Below, piece by piece: positions 29,598 to 38,484 of a stretch of 64,000 nt of DNA. Below the pieces are notes generated by a model. The model ran no database searches and was not told where the DNA came from. It saw only the letters and a list, made by a program, of their open reading frames with translations. The position numbers were made by a program, and so were the translations under genes. The stretch spans positions 79,839 through 143,838 of the forward strand of contig JBBIJO010000004.1 of NCBI GenBank assembly GCA_037445895.1, given 5' to 3'. This stretch comes from Ignavibacteria bacterium. GTDB taxonomy: Bacteria; Bacteroidota; Ignavibacteria; Kapaibacteriales; UBA2268. The number at the start of each line of letters is the position of its first letter. The first letter of the stretch is position 1.

Positions 29598-30692
29598 TTA
29601 AATAAAAGGTAATTTCACAATTGTAGCGGGAAATAGTTTCCCGCGGGATTCAATCGCTATTTCCGTTCCCGGTTCGGCATACTCTTTGCTAACATATCCC
29701 ATACCAATTGCCTTTTCGAGGATTGGAGAAATATTCCCGCTCGTTACAAACCCAATCTCTTGCGTGCCTTTGAGTATTTTGTAATTATGTCGCGGTATAA
29801 ATTTATCGGCATTGGAAACAAAACCAACCAGAAGTCGCTTCGGGCCTTCTTCCTTGACTTTTGCAAGGATTTGCTTTCCGTTGAAATCTCCTTTGTTCAG
29901 TTTTGTAATCCAACCTAATCCAGCCTCGATTGGGTTGGTAGTTTGGTCGATATCATTCCCATACAAACAGTAACCTTTTTCTAATCGCAAAGTATCGCGG
30001 CAACCTAATCCAACAGGTTCAATAGAAAATTCCTTACCTGCTTCGAAAATTGAGTCCCATACCTTTTTTGCGGTTGCAAAATCACCCTCGAAATACAATT
30101 CGAACCCTAACTCCCCAGTATAGCCAGTTCTTGAAATAGTCATCTCAACATCGGCAAGTTTCCCGTATGTAAATGTATAATATTGTAGTGATTCAAGATT
30201 AACATCGGTAATTTTTTGTAATGTTTTCAACGAATTAGGGCCTTGAACAGCAAGAAGATGGACTTCATCGCTAATATTTCTTAAATCTACGTTATAGTTT
30301 TGAACATTTTCGCGACACCAGTTGAAATCTTTTCCGATATTCGCCGCATTAACAACAAACATAAAACGATTTTCGCCAAGGCGATAGACTAACAAGTCGT
30401 CCACTATACCGCCGTCGTAGTAACACATCGCAGAATATTGAACCTTTCCAACTGAAAGCTTCGAAGCATCGTTGGTAGTTATTTTTTGAACAAAGGACAA
30501 CGCATCGGGACCTTCGATATCGAACTCTCCCATATGGGTAACATCGAATACTCCCACACTTTTTCGCACCGCCTTGTGTTCGAAAATGATTCCTTTCGAA
30601 TATTGAATTGGCATTTCGAAGCCAGCAAATTCAATTATCTTGGCATCCAATTGCTTGTGAATTTCATTAAATATAGTCTTTTTCATAAACAT
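29598..30692 (-). CDS. gcvT: Glycine cleavage system T protein (aminomethyltransferase)
   Basis: FAGFEMPIQYSKGIIFEHKAVRKSVGVFDVTHMGEF is characteristic of GcvT; 364 aa. Confidence 0.9.
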   Translation of the reverse strand: MFMKKTIFNEIHKQLDAKIIEFAGFEMPIQYSKGIIFEHKAVRKSVGVFDVTHMGEFDIEGPDALSFVQKITTNDASKLSVGKVQYSAMCYYDGGIVDDLLVYRLGENRFMFVVNAANIGKDFNWCRENVQNYNVDLRNISDEVHLLAVQGPNSLKTLQKITDVNLESLQYYTFTYGKLADVEMTISRTGYTGELGFELYFEGDFATAKKVWDSIFEAGKEFSIEPVGLGCRDTLRLEKGYCLYGNDIDQTTNPIEAGLGWITKLNKGDFNGKQILAKVKEEGPKRLLVGFVSNADKFIPRHNYKILKGTQEIGFVTSGNISPILEKAIGMGYVSKEYAEPGTEIAIESRGKLFPATIVKLPFI

Positions 30693-30731
30693 CAGATTTT
30701 ATAAAAAGCGAACTTAAAGAATTTTTGGAAA

Positions 30732-31226
30732 TTATTCTACGGTTATAAATTTTTCTATTTTTTCGAGTTTTTTCGGTCCCAATCCTTTAATTAAGAGTAG
30801 TTCTTCTTTCTTGAGTATTTTGCGTGTTTTCCGAAAATCTATTATCAGTTGTGCAGTCTTTTCTCCTACGCCGGGTAATCGCATCAGTTGAACACGCGAG
30901 GCTGTGTTTATATTGATTTTTACTGTATCACCAGGCTTCAATTTCGAAGGAGTAGCACCATAAGTCTGTGGAATTTGAATATTTGTATCGACTGGATTCC
31001 CATAAATATCGGTTCCGCTACTGTATCGGTTCTCTTCGAACGAAAGGCTGTCGGTTAACCGAATAATATCGCGCGATAGTTCACTGTTGGGGTTATCGTT
31101 CCGAATTTCTGGGAGGAAAAAGCTAATAGCAAAACCTATAAACAACAATCCAGCGATGATAATCTCTTGCCTTGTTATGCTAAAATTATTACGAAAAAAG
31201 TTAAAAAATTTCTCCATAGCAACCAC
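30732..31226 (-). CDS. ComEA-like helix-hairpin-helix DNA-binding protein
   Basis: N-terminal TM segment; C-terminal tandem HhH INTASRVQLMRLPGVGEKTAQLIIDFR. Confidence 0.7.
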   Translation of the reverse strand: MVAMEKFFNFFRNNFSITRQEIIIAGLLFIGFAISFFLPEIRNDNPNSELSRDIIRLTDSLSFEENRYSSGTDIYGNPVDTNIQIPQTYGATPSKLKPGDTVKININTASRVQLMRLPGVGEKTAQLIIDFRKTRKILKKEELLLIKGLGPKKLEKIEKFITVE

Positions 31227-31288
31227 AAAAAATCAAGAGCAAAAATAAAGAAAAGTTGGTTAACAACAAATTTTGGGGAACTAAATCC

Positions 31289-33187
31289 TTATCTTCTTTC
31301 TATCAAAAGGGTTAGAGATTTTGCATTGGGTTTCAACTCTTCGATTGATTTAGTAGTGGGAAATGTTTCGATGGCGATTTTGTCCGGGGATAGTTGAAAA
31401 GTTAGCCGAAGGAATTGGACAAACTCGTCTATAACTTCTTTTTCGAGGTTATCTCCGGGCAAAATGACGAACGATTTAATATAGTCTTTGAATTCCGAAA
31501 TTCGATTGAAAAGCATTCTGAAACTTTGCCACTGCCGAAAATCCTTGTTCAAATTGAACAAATAAACTTTTTGGTATAATTTATTTTTGTATTGGTAGCT
31601 CCGTTGCAACGAGCGATAGGATTTGTTCAAAATTATAGAATAAGTTTGCGAATAGTGTCGTCCAAGGGTATCCCGAGCAAATAAATGTAGCGATAGTGTA
31701 TCGCCGAGTTTGTTTCGCAGATAAACTTCGTCGAATTTTTGGGGTTCGAGTTGAATAGAGTGGCTCGCCGGTAAAGTTGAATCGACATAGGTCGCGAACA
31801 TACCCGCAACCCCAAATTCCCAAGAGCTTACCATATCGTTTGGTATTGCATTTAGTGTAATATCGAGTTGCGATGGTTCGAAAGAGAAATTCTCCCTTCC
31901 CAGTTGTAATGGTTCGAATAGGAGCGAATCGCTGGAAAGGAAAGCGATTTCTTGCCCATCCCGAAAGGCAAAGGAAATATTACTGCGAAGATTTGGAAAC
32001 TTTTCGTAGAACTCGTTTACAACCGAATCTATTTTTTCCCGAAGTTTGTAATTGTTTGTATCGAAAGCAATAATTAAGTTCGATTTGGTCTTGGTTAATC
32101 GGTTTAAATAAATTGAATAGATATGCCTATAAATATTTTCGGCGTTTGGTTCAATTTGGGTATCATTGTATAATTCGGAAAAAGCATTTGCTTCGTTAAC
32201 ATACATTTCTGGAATTGAGCTTGGAATTTCGAACAAATCGTATTCAAACTCCCGCATTACGCGAACGGAAGGAACTTGTGCCGATATGCTCAACACAAGT
32301 TCTGTGGCTTGATTCTCGGCAACAGATTTATTTAATACTTTGAAGGCAAGATAAAGGTCGAGCCCGCCCAATCCTTCGGGGCGGTCGGATGCAAACATTG
32401 AAAGTCCATTGGGAAGGACTATAAAATCGGACTCGTTGAAGCGTGTATTTATTTCGCTTAAAGGAATTGGTTTTGTCCAATAGCCTTCGCGCCGAACCGA
32501 AAAGAATAAATCGAATCCTCCGGGACCTCCGTAACCATCGCTCGCAAAATAGAGCGTGTCTTGGGAAGCGAAGAAAGGTGTAATTTCGTTTCCATCGGTA
32601 TTTATATCGACGAGGTTAGTTACCTCGCCCCACGAGCCGTCCTGTTTTAGATTTGCAGTGTAAAGGTCTAAATTTCCTTCTTGGTTCATATCCGAGGCGA
32701 AGACTATTGTCCGACCATCAGGAGAAACCGAAGGATGTAATACAAAGCATTCACATTCTAAGCTGTCGAGTGGACTTGGTCGCTGCCAACTTCCAGTGCG
32801 TCTTTGCGAATAAAAAATATTCAAAAACGATTGACGACGCCCAATACGAAAAGCATTGATAATTGCTTCTGTTTCGGAAAGGAAAACTACGTATGAAAGG
32901 TTGCCTTGTGTTTTGTTCAATGGGTCTTTCAACTCCGATGGTGCCGCGAAAGTTACCGAATCGATAATATTTGTAATAAAGAGTTTGGATTTTCCGTTAC
33001 GTGTCGAAGAAAAATATAAGCGTTTTTCGAAATTGTTCCACGATGGAGCAAAGTCGTCTTTGCTCGAATTCAAAGAACGGATGTTAACTGGATTGCCCCA
33101 ATAGTAATGTTGGCTTTGGCAAGGCAAAACAATTAAACACAAAGTCAATATTAAACAAATATTAGTAATTTGTTGCATACTAAGCAT
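31289..33187 (-). CDS. Secreted protein with TolB-like (PD40) beta-propeller repeats and a C-terminal domain of unknown function
   Basis: Signal peptide; repeated ...DDFAPSWS/...SPDGRTIVFASD.../...LYFASD... motifs typical of PD40 repeats; about 330 aa of unassigned C-terminal sequence. Confidence 0.5.
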   Translation of the reverse strand: MLSMQQITNICLILTLCLIVLPCQSQHYYWGNPVNIRSLNSSKDDFAPSWNNFEKRLYFSSTRNGKSKLFITNIIDSVTFAAPSELKDPLNKTQGNLSYVVFLSETEAIINAFRIGRRQSFLNIFYSQRRTGSWQRPSPLDSLECECFVLHPSVSPDGRTIVFASDMNQEGNLDLYTANLKQDGSWGEVTNLVDINTDGNEITPFFASQDTLYFASDGYGGPGGFDLFFSVRREGYWTKPIPLSEINTRFNESDFIVLPNGLSMFASDRPEGLGGLDLYLAFKVLNKSVAENQATELVLSISAQVPSVRVMREFEYDLFEIPSSIPEMYVNEANAFSELYNDTQIEPNAENIYRHIYSIYLNRLTKTKSNLIIAFDTNNYKLREKIDSVVNEFYEKFPNLRSNISFAFRDGQEIAFLSSDSLLFEPLQLGRENFSFEPSQLDITLNAIPNDMVSSWEFGVAGMFATYVDSTLPASHSIQLEPQKFDEVYLRNKLGDTLSLHLFARDTLGRHYSQTYSIILNKSYRSLQRSYQYKNKLYQKVYLFNLNKDFRQWQSFRMLFNRISEFKDYIKSFVILPGDNLEKEVIDEFVQFLRLTFQLSPDKIAIETFPTTKSIEELKPNAKSLTLLIERR

Positions 33188-33875
33188 TCAGCAGGTTTCT
33201 CACATCGTTTTCGCGTCCGAATATAACCATAATACTTCCTTCGGAAAGAACAAGATTCGGAGTTGGGACGCCCAATACTTGGAATTCCTCGTATTCTCCG
33301 AGCGATAACAAACCACCCGACTTTTTCAAAAGTTTTAATGTTACAAGATTAAGGTTGTATTTTTTGCGTAAGTCAATGTCTGCAAGAGTCTTGTTGTGGA
33401 ATTTTTCCGGTGTTTCAATCTCGTAAATTCCATAGTGTTCGGAAATCATAAAAGAATGAAGAACTCCGGGTATCATTAATTTGCTGGCAAGTTGCTCGGC
33501 TGCGTCTGCTTCGGGAAGTAGCAATCCGGTAACATTCATCATTTTCAATAACTTTTCGTGAATTGGCGAAGTTACACGATTGTAAATGGTTTTGACGCCG
33601 ATTTCTTGGAGCAAAGCAGTGGTCATTATCGAGCTTTCGAAACCTTCGCCTATTGCAACAATTACAGCATCCATATCTTTCAGCCCAAGAGTTCGCAAAG
33701 CACGTTCATCGGTAGCATTCATACAAACAGCATGGGCAACTCGCTCGCTTATTCTGTCGACCACATCCTGATGGTTATCGATAGCAAGAACTTCGGCTCC
33801 TAATTCACTCAATCGCAATGAAAGATGCATCCCGAAATATCCAAGTCCAATCACACAAAATTTTTTGGTTGCCAT
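33180..33875 (-). CDS. trkA: K+ transport NAD-binding regulatory subunit (TrkA/KtrA family)
   Basis: Rossmann motif VIGLGYFGMHLSLRLSELGAEVLAIDN followed by a TrkA_C-like domain. Confidence 0.8.
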   Translation of the reverse strand: MATKKFCVIGLGYFGMHLSLRLSELGAEVLAIDNHQDVVDRISERVAHAVCMNATDERALRTLGLKDMDAVIVAIGEGFESSIMTTALLQEIGVKTIYNRVTSPIHEKLLKMMNVTGLLLPEADAAEQLASKLMIPGVLHSFMISEHYGIYEIETPEKFHNKTLADIDLRKKYNLNLVTLKLLKKSGGLLSLGEYEEFQVLGVPTPNLVLSEGSIMVIFGRENDVRNLLNA

Positions 33876-33977
33876 TTTTAGTTACAAAAATTTTATAAAT
33901 CTCAAAAATAGTAATATTTATTTTATCATTTCAAAAGATTTTGATAAGTTTATCTTTTTGGTTTTTGGGATGAAACA

Positions 33978-34193
33978 ATGGAAATAAAAAAGTCAACATC
34001 GACAGATTCCTTCGACTATGAAATCGTCGTCCGACGCCGTGGCGAAAACGATTATGCTTCGTATTGTCCACAGCTTAATCTTATGGTTAACGGAATCGAA
34101 CACGAACAAGTGGTTATGCTTATGCGTAAGAAAATCGAAGAACATATTTATCGTCTGGCGAAACAACAGCAAACACAAAACCTTCAAGAATAG
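33978..34193 (+). CDS. HicB-like / UPF0150 family small protein (toxin-antitoxin-type antitoxin core, solitary)
   Basis: YEIVVRRRGENDYASYCPQLNLMVNGIEHEQVVMLMRKKIEEHI matches the [YF]xAxxPxLPGxxxxGxTxEEAxxxxxEAI pattern of HicB N-domains. No HicA or DNA-binding domain is present. Confidence 0.55.
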   Translation: MEIKKSTSTDSFDYEIVVRRRGENDYASYCPQLNLMVNGIEHEQVVMLMRKKIEEHIYRLAKQQQTQNLQE

Positions 34194-34344
34194 TGTTTGC
34201 CCGAAGATTCAACATACCCGGCTTGATTCGAAAGGGTAAGGTATTTGAATTTACTTGCCGGCGATGTCTAACTCGCAACAATGTTAGTATTTATTGGTGC
34301 ATATTGTCTGTTTCTTATTTCGAAAATTTGAACGCCCGATTATG

Positions 34345-35238
34345 GCATATAATCAATCGATAAAAAATATTTACGAGGCTTTGCGGCAAAGCTGGTTAGT
34401 TTCTTTGTTGCTGTTCTTGTTGGTTTTGTTTGTGGCTTACTTTGCTGTGTATTCCTTTGTGGGATTTCCGTTAAACATACTTTTCCCATCGGTTATTGCA
34501 AATATATCTGTGTTGCTGTTTCGACGTGAACGTGTTTGGTTCCTATTAGGCTTGAACTTCGATTGGACAGGCGTTCGTTTGTTTTTCGAAGGCTATTTTT
34601 TACCGCTCTTGGCGTTTATTCCAATTCTACTATTCTTTTTGCCCTATGGCGTTTCGCTTAACCCAAACCTTGCATTTAATGATTTTGCTGTTCGGACGAC
34701 TTTGTTGATTTTGTTTAGTGCAAGTTCCGAAGAGTTCGTTTTTCGTGGAATTCTTTTCCAAATGGCTATCGAAAAGAAAGGCGAAATCTTCCCAACATTA
34801 GCATTTAGTGTTGCTTTTGGATTATTCCACTTGTTGAACCCACACATTAATTTTTTGGGCATTATTAATATATTTTTTGCGAATGTGGTCCTTTCGGCAA
34901 TGTTTTTCCGGGCGTATTCTCTTTGGTTGCCAATTGGTTTCCATTTTGGCTGGAACTTTTGGCAAAGTTTCTTGCTCGATTCCCCAATAAGCGGAACATA
35001 TTTAGGATTACATCTTTTCCGGACACGGCTCCCAGAATTCAATCCGATAATTTTTGGCGGGAGTTTTGGCATCGAAGGCGGATTCGTTGGATTTTTTGCA
35101 TTAAGCCTTTTCTTTGTGATTGCTTTGAAAAGATACAAGCCAATTCCCCATATCTATTCGCGAATTTTGCGAGAACGCTACTGCCACCCAACCGAGTCGA
35201 ATGGGATAGGAAATAACGGGGTCGAAAAAATTACCTAA
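34345..35238 (+). CDS. CPBP-family intramembrane metalloprotease (CAAX protease / Abi-type)
   Basis: Multi-TM protein with motifs SEEFVFRGILF (EExxxR) and FGLFHLLN (FxxxH). The start is ambiguous between TTG 34294 and ATG 34345. Confidence 0.7.
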   Translation, partial: AYNQSIKNIYEALRQSWLVSLLLFLLVLFVAYFAVYSFVGFPLNILFPSVIANISVLLFRRERVWFLLGLNFDWTGVRLFFEGYFLPLLAFIPILLFFLPYGVSLNPNLAFNDFAVRTTLLILFSASSEEFVFRGILFQMAIEKKGEIFPTLAFSVAFGLFHLLNPHINFLGIINIFFANVVLSAMFFRAYSLWLPIGFHFGWNFWQSFLLDSPISGTYLGLHLFRTRLPEFNPIIFGGSFGIEGGFVGFFALSLFFVIALKRYKPIPHIYSRILRERYCHPTESNGIGNNGVEKIT

Positions 35239-35241
35239 AAT

Positions 35242-38200
35242 TTACGGAAGTATTTCTTCTACCAGTTTATCTATTTCCTTCATCTCTTCGGCAAGGTGCT
35301 TTTTTATGTCGAGACGGAGTTTGCCGAGCCGTGTGGCGGTTAGTTCTTTTTGCGGGGGATTGTCTTCTAAATATTTTGCTGCTTTTTTGTGTGCAAGCTC
35401 GCTTAGCTCAGCAAGTTTTATATGCACTTCGTTTGCTTCATCAAAGCGGGGGAAGTAAATGTCGAGTATCTTTTTTGAAACGTGTCTTGCTCCAAATAAT
35501 CCTCTTGCTTGGAAATCTTTCATTAAAAGATTTGGAATATTTGAATTTAAAATTGCTGTTAGATAGTATGCTTCTCTAAGATTATTTAATTCAATTCTAA
35601 ACGTTGTGTAATCAACAGCAAATTCAAAATCAATTTCTGCTCTTTTCAATATTGTTGAATAAGCGTCTTTACCTGACATATTATAGATAACCAGGTAAGG
35701 TGCATCAAGATTTTGCTGAGTTAATTTATTCTGCCAGTTCAAGTAATCTTCACTTGAAATATTCTGGTTCTTTTCAGTTCTATGAATCTGCCAGGTATTC
35801 TCAACATTCTTAAACCACTTAGAAGCATTAAAATAACCTTCCTGCATTAAATCATTTGCAGATTGCAGCTTTATTTGTTTCCTTCCCTCATTATTCTTTT
35901 CTATTAAAATAGGCAGGACAACCAAATCCGGTTTATACAAAGCAAAAGGCAAAATGCTTTTTGCCAGTGCAGTGCTGAAAAGAAATTTGCTTTCAATTCT
36001 GCCTGTAAACTCCAAACCTTTCCAGGGTTTCTTTGCATCTGTTTTAATTGCATCGGAGGTTTTAATGTTAATTATTCGGTCTTCGAAGTCGGGGGGAAAA
36101 TCTTGGGTTAGTTCAATAAAATAAAAACATCGGGGAACAATCGTAGCACCCTGCTTAAAATGTTTCTTGTAAGGGTTTTCTGTTTCTGTTGCTCTCGTTT
36201 CTCTTGTTGATATTGCAGAGGCTTTTCCTTGTTTTATGTAATACCATTCAACGGGTGTTTCTGTAAGTTTTTCTTTAACAGTTAAAAGATTACAGTTATG
36301 TTCTGTCAGTTTCCCGCTGAATATATTGCCCTTCAAACCAGCAAAAGAAGCTTTGTCTTTCTCGTCCTTCTCGGCAAAGAAGACGCAACTTGGAACTCTG
36401 AATAGCGGAGAAACATCTTTCAAATCCCAAATTTGTTTAAGCTTGAAGCCGACTGCTTTACCACTTCTTGTATTATCGTGATGGTCGGCGCTAAAGAAAC
36501 TTCTCGGCAGAACAAAAGCAATTTGTCCGTGTTCACTTAAAAAGTAACTACTGCAATATGCTAAAAATATTGCCGCTATTTCGAGGTGCGGAAAGTTAGC
36601 AACTTTAGCTGGCTTTACTTTATACTTATCAGCCAGTTCATTAAGTATATTCTGGTAATCTTCGTTCTTTATAGAGCTGTAAGTAAACCATGGCGGATTA
36701 CCGATAACATAATCAAACTTACCGGCGAGGAAGTAAGGTTTGTAAAGGTTTTGCACAATAAACTTCCAGATGCTGTCTCTACCTTTTTCTTTAACTACTT
36801 TTAATCCCGTATAAATTTTATAGAAACTGTCTATTACTTGCTTATTTACTCCCAATTTATTTCCGTTCTTTTCAAAATGCTTCCTGAAAATATTTCCAAA
36901 AACTTCCTCCGTCTCTTTTCTCTTTCCCATCGTCTGCTCTGCAAGGTCATCGCAAATTCCGAGCGCTTCATCAAACAGCTTTACATCTTCGAGTATTTGT
37001 GTAGTTAAGTGATACTTTTCTTTATCAATATTTAGAAGAAATTCATTGCCGAAAAGGTTTTGCACTCCTTCAGGTGCAAGAAGCGTGTTGGCGAGAATTA
37101 TGTTAAGGTAAACAGGTTTCTTTGCGTTTGTAATCTCCTTGCCAAGTGCAAGCAGTAAAGTTGTTTTGGCTATCTGCACACTAAGCGGGTGAATATCGAT
37201 TCCGTAAATCTGCTCATTTAATTCTTCGACTGTTACACCGGGATTAAGCTTTTTAATTCTGTGAATGGCTGCTCTTAAAAAAGAACCGCTTCCGCAAGCA
37301 GGGTCAAGAATCTTATCTGTTGGCTTAAATTCAAATTCTTCGACAATTCTTTCGCAAAGCCAGTCGGGTGTGTAATACTCGCCGAGCGAGTGCCTTGTAT
37401 CAATATCAATAAGTTCTTGGTAAACACCTTTAAGAATATCTTCGTCAACATTGCTAAAATCGAAGTTCGAAATTTCCTGTGCAATTAATCGAAAAACTTT
37501 TTTCAAGTTGTTGAAACTTCTGTCGGTGGTTACCCAATAGAAGAAATCGTTATCAACAAAATTTCGAATGTTATATCTATGGAAGATTGTTCCGTCGAGA
37601 ATACTTTTTAGTTCGGTATCGTCAATGTAATCGTCGTTAGATACAACACTATAAGCAAGCATTTTGGAGAAAACACTAAGGTAAGTATGGATAAGGAAAA
37701 TATTATCGCGTGCATCAAAAGAGCCATAGGCAATACTTAAGAATTTACTCCACTGTTCAAAAGAAACCTGCACTTCGCCGAACTTTTTTGCTTCGTTAAA
37801 CCATTTATTAAGCTCCCGAAAACACTCGATAAAAATATTGCTTTGATAGCCAAATGCCTCTTCGATTCTTTTAAGGGTTGCTTTTTGTTTTTCCTCTTTA
37901 AAAAGAAAGCGGTCAATCCAGAAGTAAAAATCATCGGCATTGTTCTCGGTTAGTACGAAAGAAGAACTTTTGACTTCATTTAATATAAGTTCGTGTTCCT
38001 GCAAAGATTCAATTTGTTCCAGTTGAAAGATGTTGGGGGCAAGGACTTTCCAAACGATGAAGTCGGAAGCAATTAGTGTAAAATTGTAGCCTTCCCCCGA
38101 GCGGAACTGTCCCAAAAGGTAGCCCGCTAATTGTTCCTTGGCGTGTTGCAGAGAAACTTTTAAATCATTTTCAAATTCAATAATGATTTTGTTGAAAAGT

Positions 38201-38421
38201 GTGTCGGCACTGCCTTTGTGAAGTTTGTCTTTGCGTGGAATATTTACGACTGTGCGTTCTGCGCCCGCTGTAATAGCATCAATGATTTTTAAGATTTCCT
38301 TGTCGCCAGCGTATAGTCGATTGAGAAGGTCTTTGAATGCTTCCTTTTTGGTAAGTTCTTTATTTGCATATTTTACTTTCCGCAAGTATTCAATGATATG
38401 TTTCGTTCGTTGCCCGTTCAT
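35242..38421 (-). CDS. Single-chain restriction-modification enzyme, MmeI-like (Type IIL/IIG): N-terminal nuclease-like domain, N6-adenine methyltransferase, C-terminal specificity region
   Basis: 1059 aa. N-terminal D-x8/9-E-x-K-like segment GSADTLFNKIIIEFENDLK resembles the MmeI nuclease motif. SAM-binding motif I ILDPACGSGSFL. Catalytic motif IV VIGNPPWF. Several hundred residues of C-terminal TRD-like sequence. No separate HsdR/HsdS genes nearby. Confidence 0.6.
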   Translation of the reverse strand: MNGQRTKHIIEYLRKVKYANKELTKKEAFKDLLNRLYAGDKEILKIIDAITAGAERTVVNIPRKDKLHKGSADTLFNKIIIEFENDLKVSLQHAKEQLAGYLLGQFRSGEGYNFTLIASDFIVWKVLAPNIFQLEQIESLQEHELILNEVKSSSFVLTENNADDFYFWIDRFLFKEEKQKATLKRIEEAFGYQSNIFIECFRELNKWFNEAKKFGEVQVSFEQWSKFLSIAYGSFDARDNIFLIHTYLSVFSKMLAYSVVSNDDYIDDTELKSILDGTIFHRYNIRNFVDNDFFYWVTTDRSFNNLKKVFRLIAQEISNFDFSNVDEDILKGVYQELIDIDTRHSLGEYYTPDWLCERIVEEFEFKPTDKILDPACGSGSFLRAAIHRIKKLNPGVTVEELNEQIYGIDIHPLSVQIAKTTLLLALGKEITNAKKPVYLNIILANTLLAPEGVQNLFGNEFLLNIDKEKYHLTTQILEDVKLFDEALGICDDLAEQTMGKRKETEEVFGNIFRKHFEKNGNKLGVNKQVIDSFYKIYTGLKVVKEKGRDSIWKFIVQNLYKPYFLAGKFDYVIGNPPWFTYSSIKNEDYQNILNELADKYKVKPAKVANFPHLEIAAIFLAYCSSYFLSEHGQIAFVLPRSFFSADHHDNTRSGKAVGFKLKQIWDLKDVSPLFRVPSCVFFAEKDEKDKASFAGLKGNIFSGKLTEHNCNLLTVKEKLTETPVEWYYIKQGKASAISTRETRATETENPYKKHFKQGATIVPRCFYFIELTQDFPPDFEDRIINIKTSDAIKTDAKKPWKGLEFTGRIESKFLFSTALAKSILPFALYKPDLVVLPILIEKNNEGRKQIKLQSANDLMQEGYFNASKWFKNVENTWQIHRTEKNQNISSEDYLNWQNKLTQQNLDAPYLVIYNMSGKDAYSTILKRAEIDFEFAVDYTTFRIELNNLREAYYLTAILNSNIPNLLMKDFQARGLFGARHVSKKILDIYFPRFDEANEVHIKLAELSELAHKKAAKYLEDNPPQKELTATRLGKLRLDIKKHLAEEMKEIDKLVEEILP

Positions 38422-38484
38422 TTAATTCTTGCATTTTTTAATATTGTTGTCGCATAAATTGTTTCGAGAATCGAGCTTGAACGC

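Noticed and set aside
35242-38421. Large NPPW methyltransferase as BREX PglX or a Type I HsdM
   Set aside because: No other BREX genes (BrxA/B/C/L, PglZ) and no HsdS/HsdR are nearby. The N-terminal D..ExK-like segment resembling MmeI favours a Type IIL single-chain enzyme.
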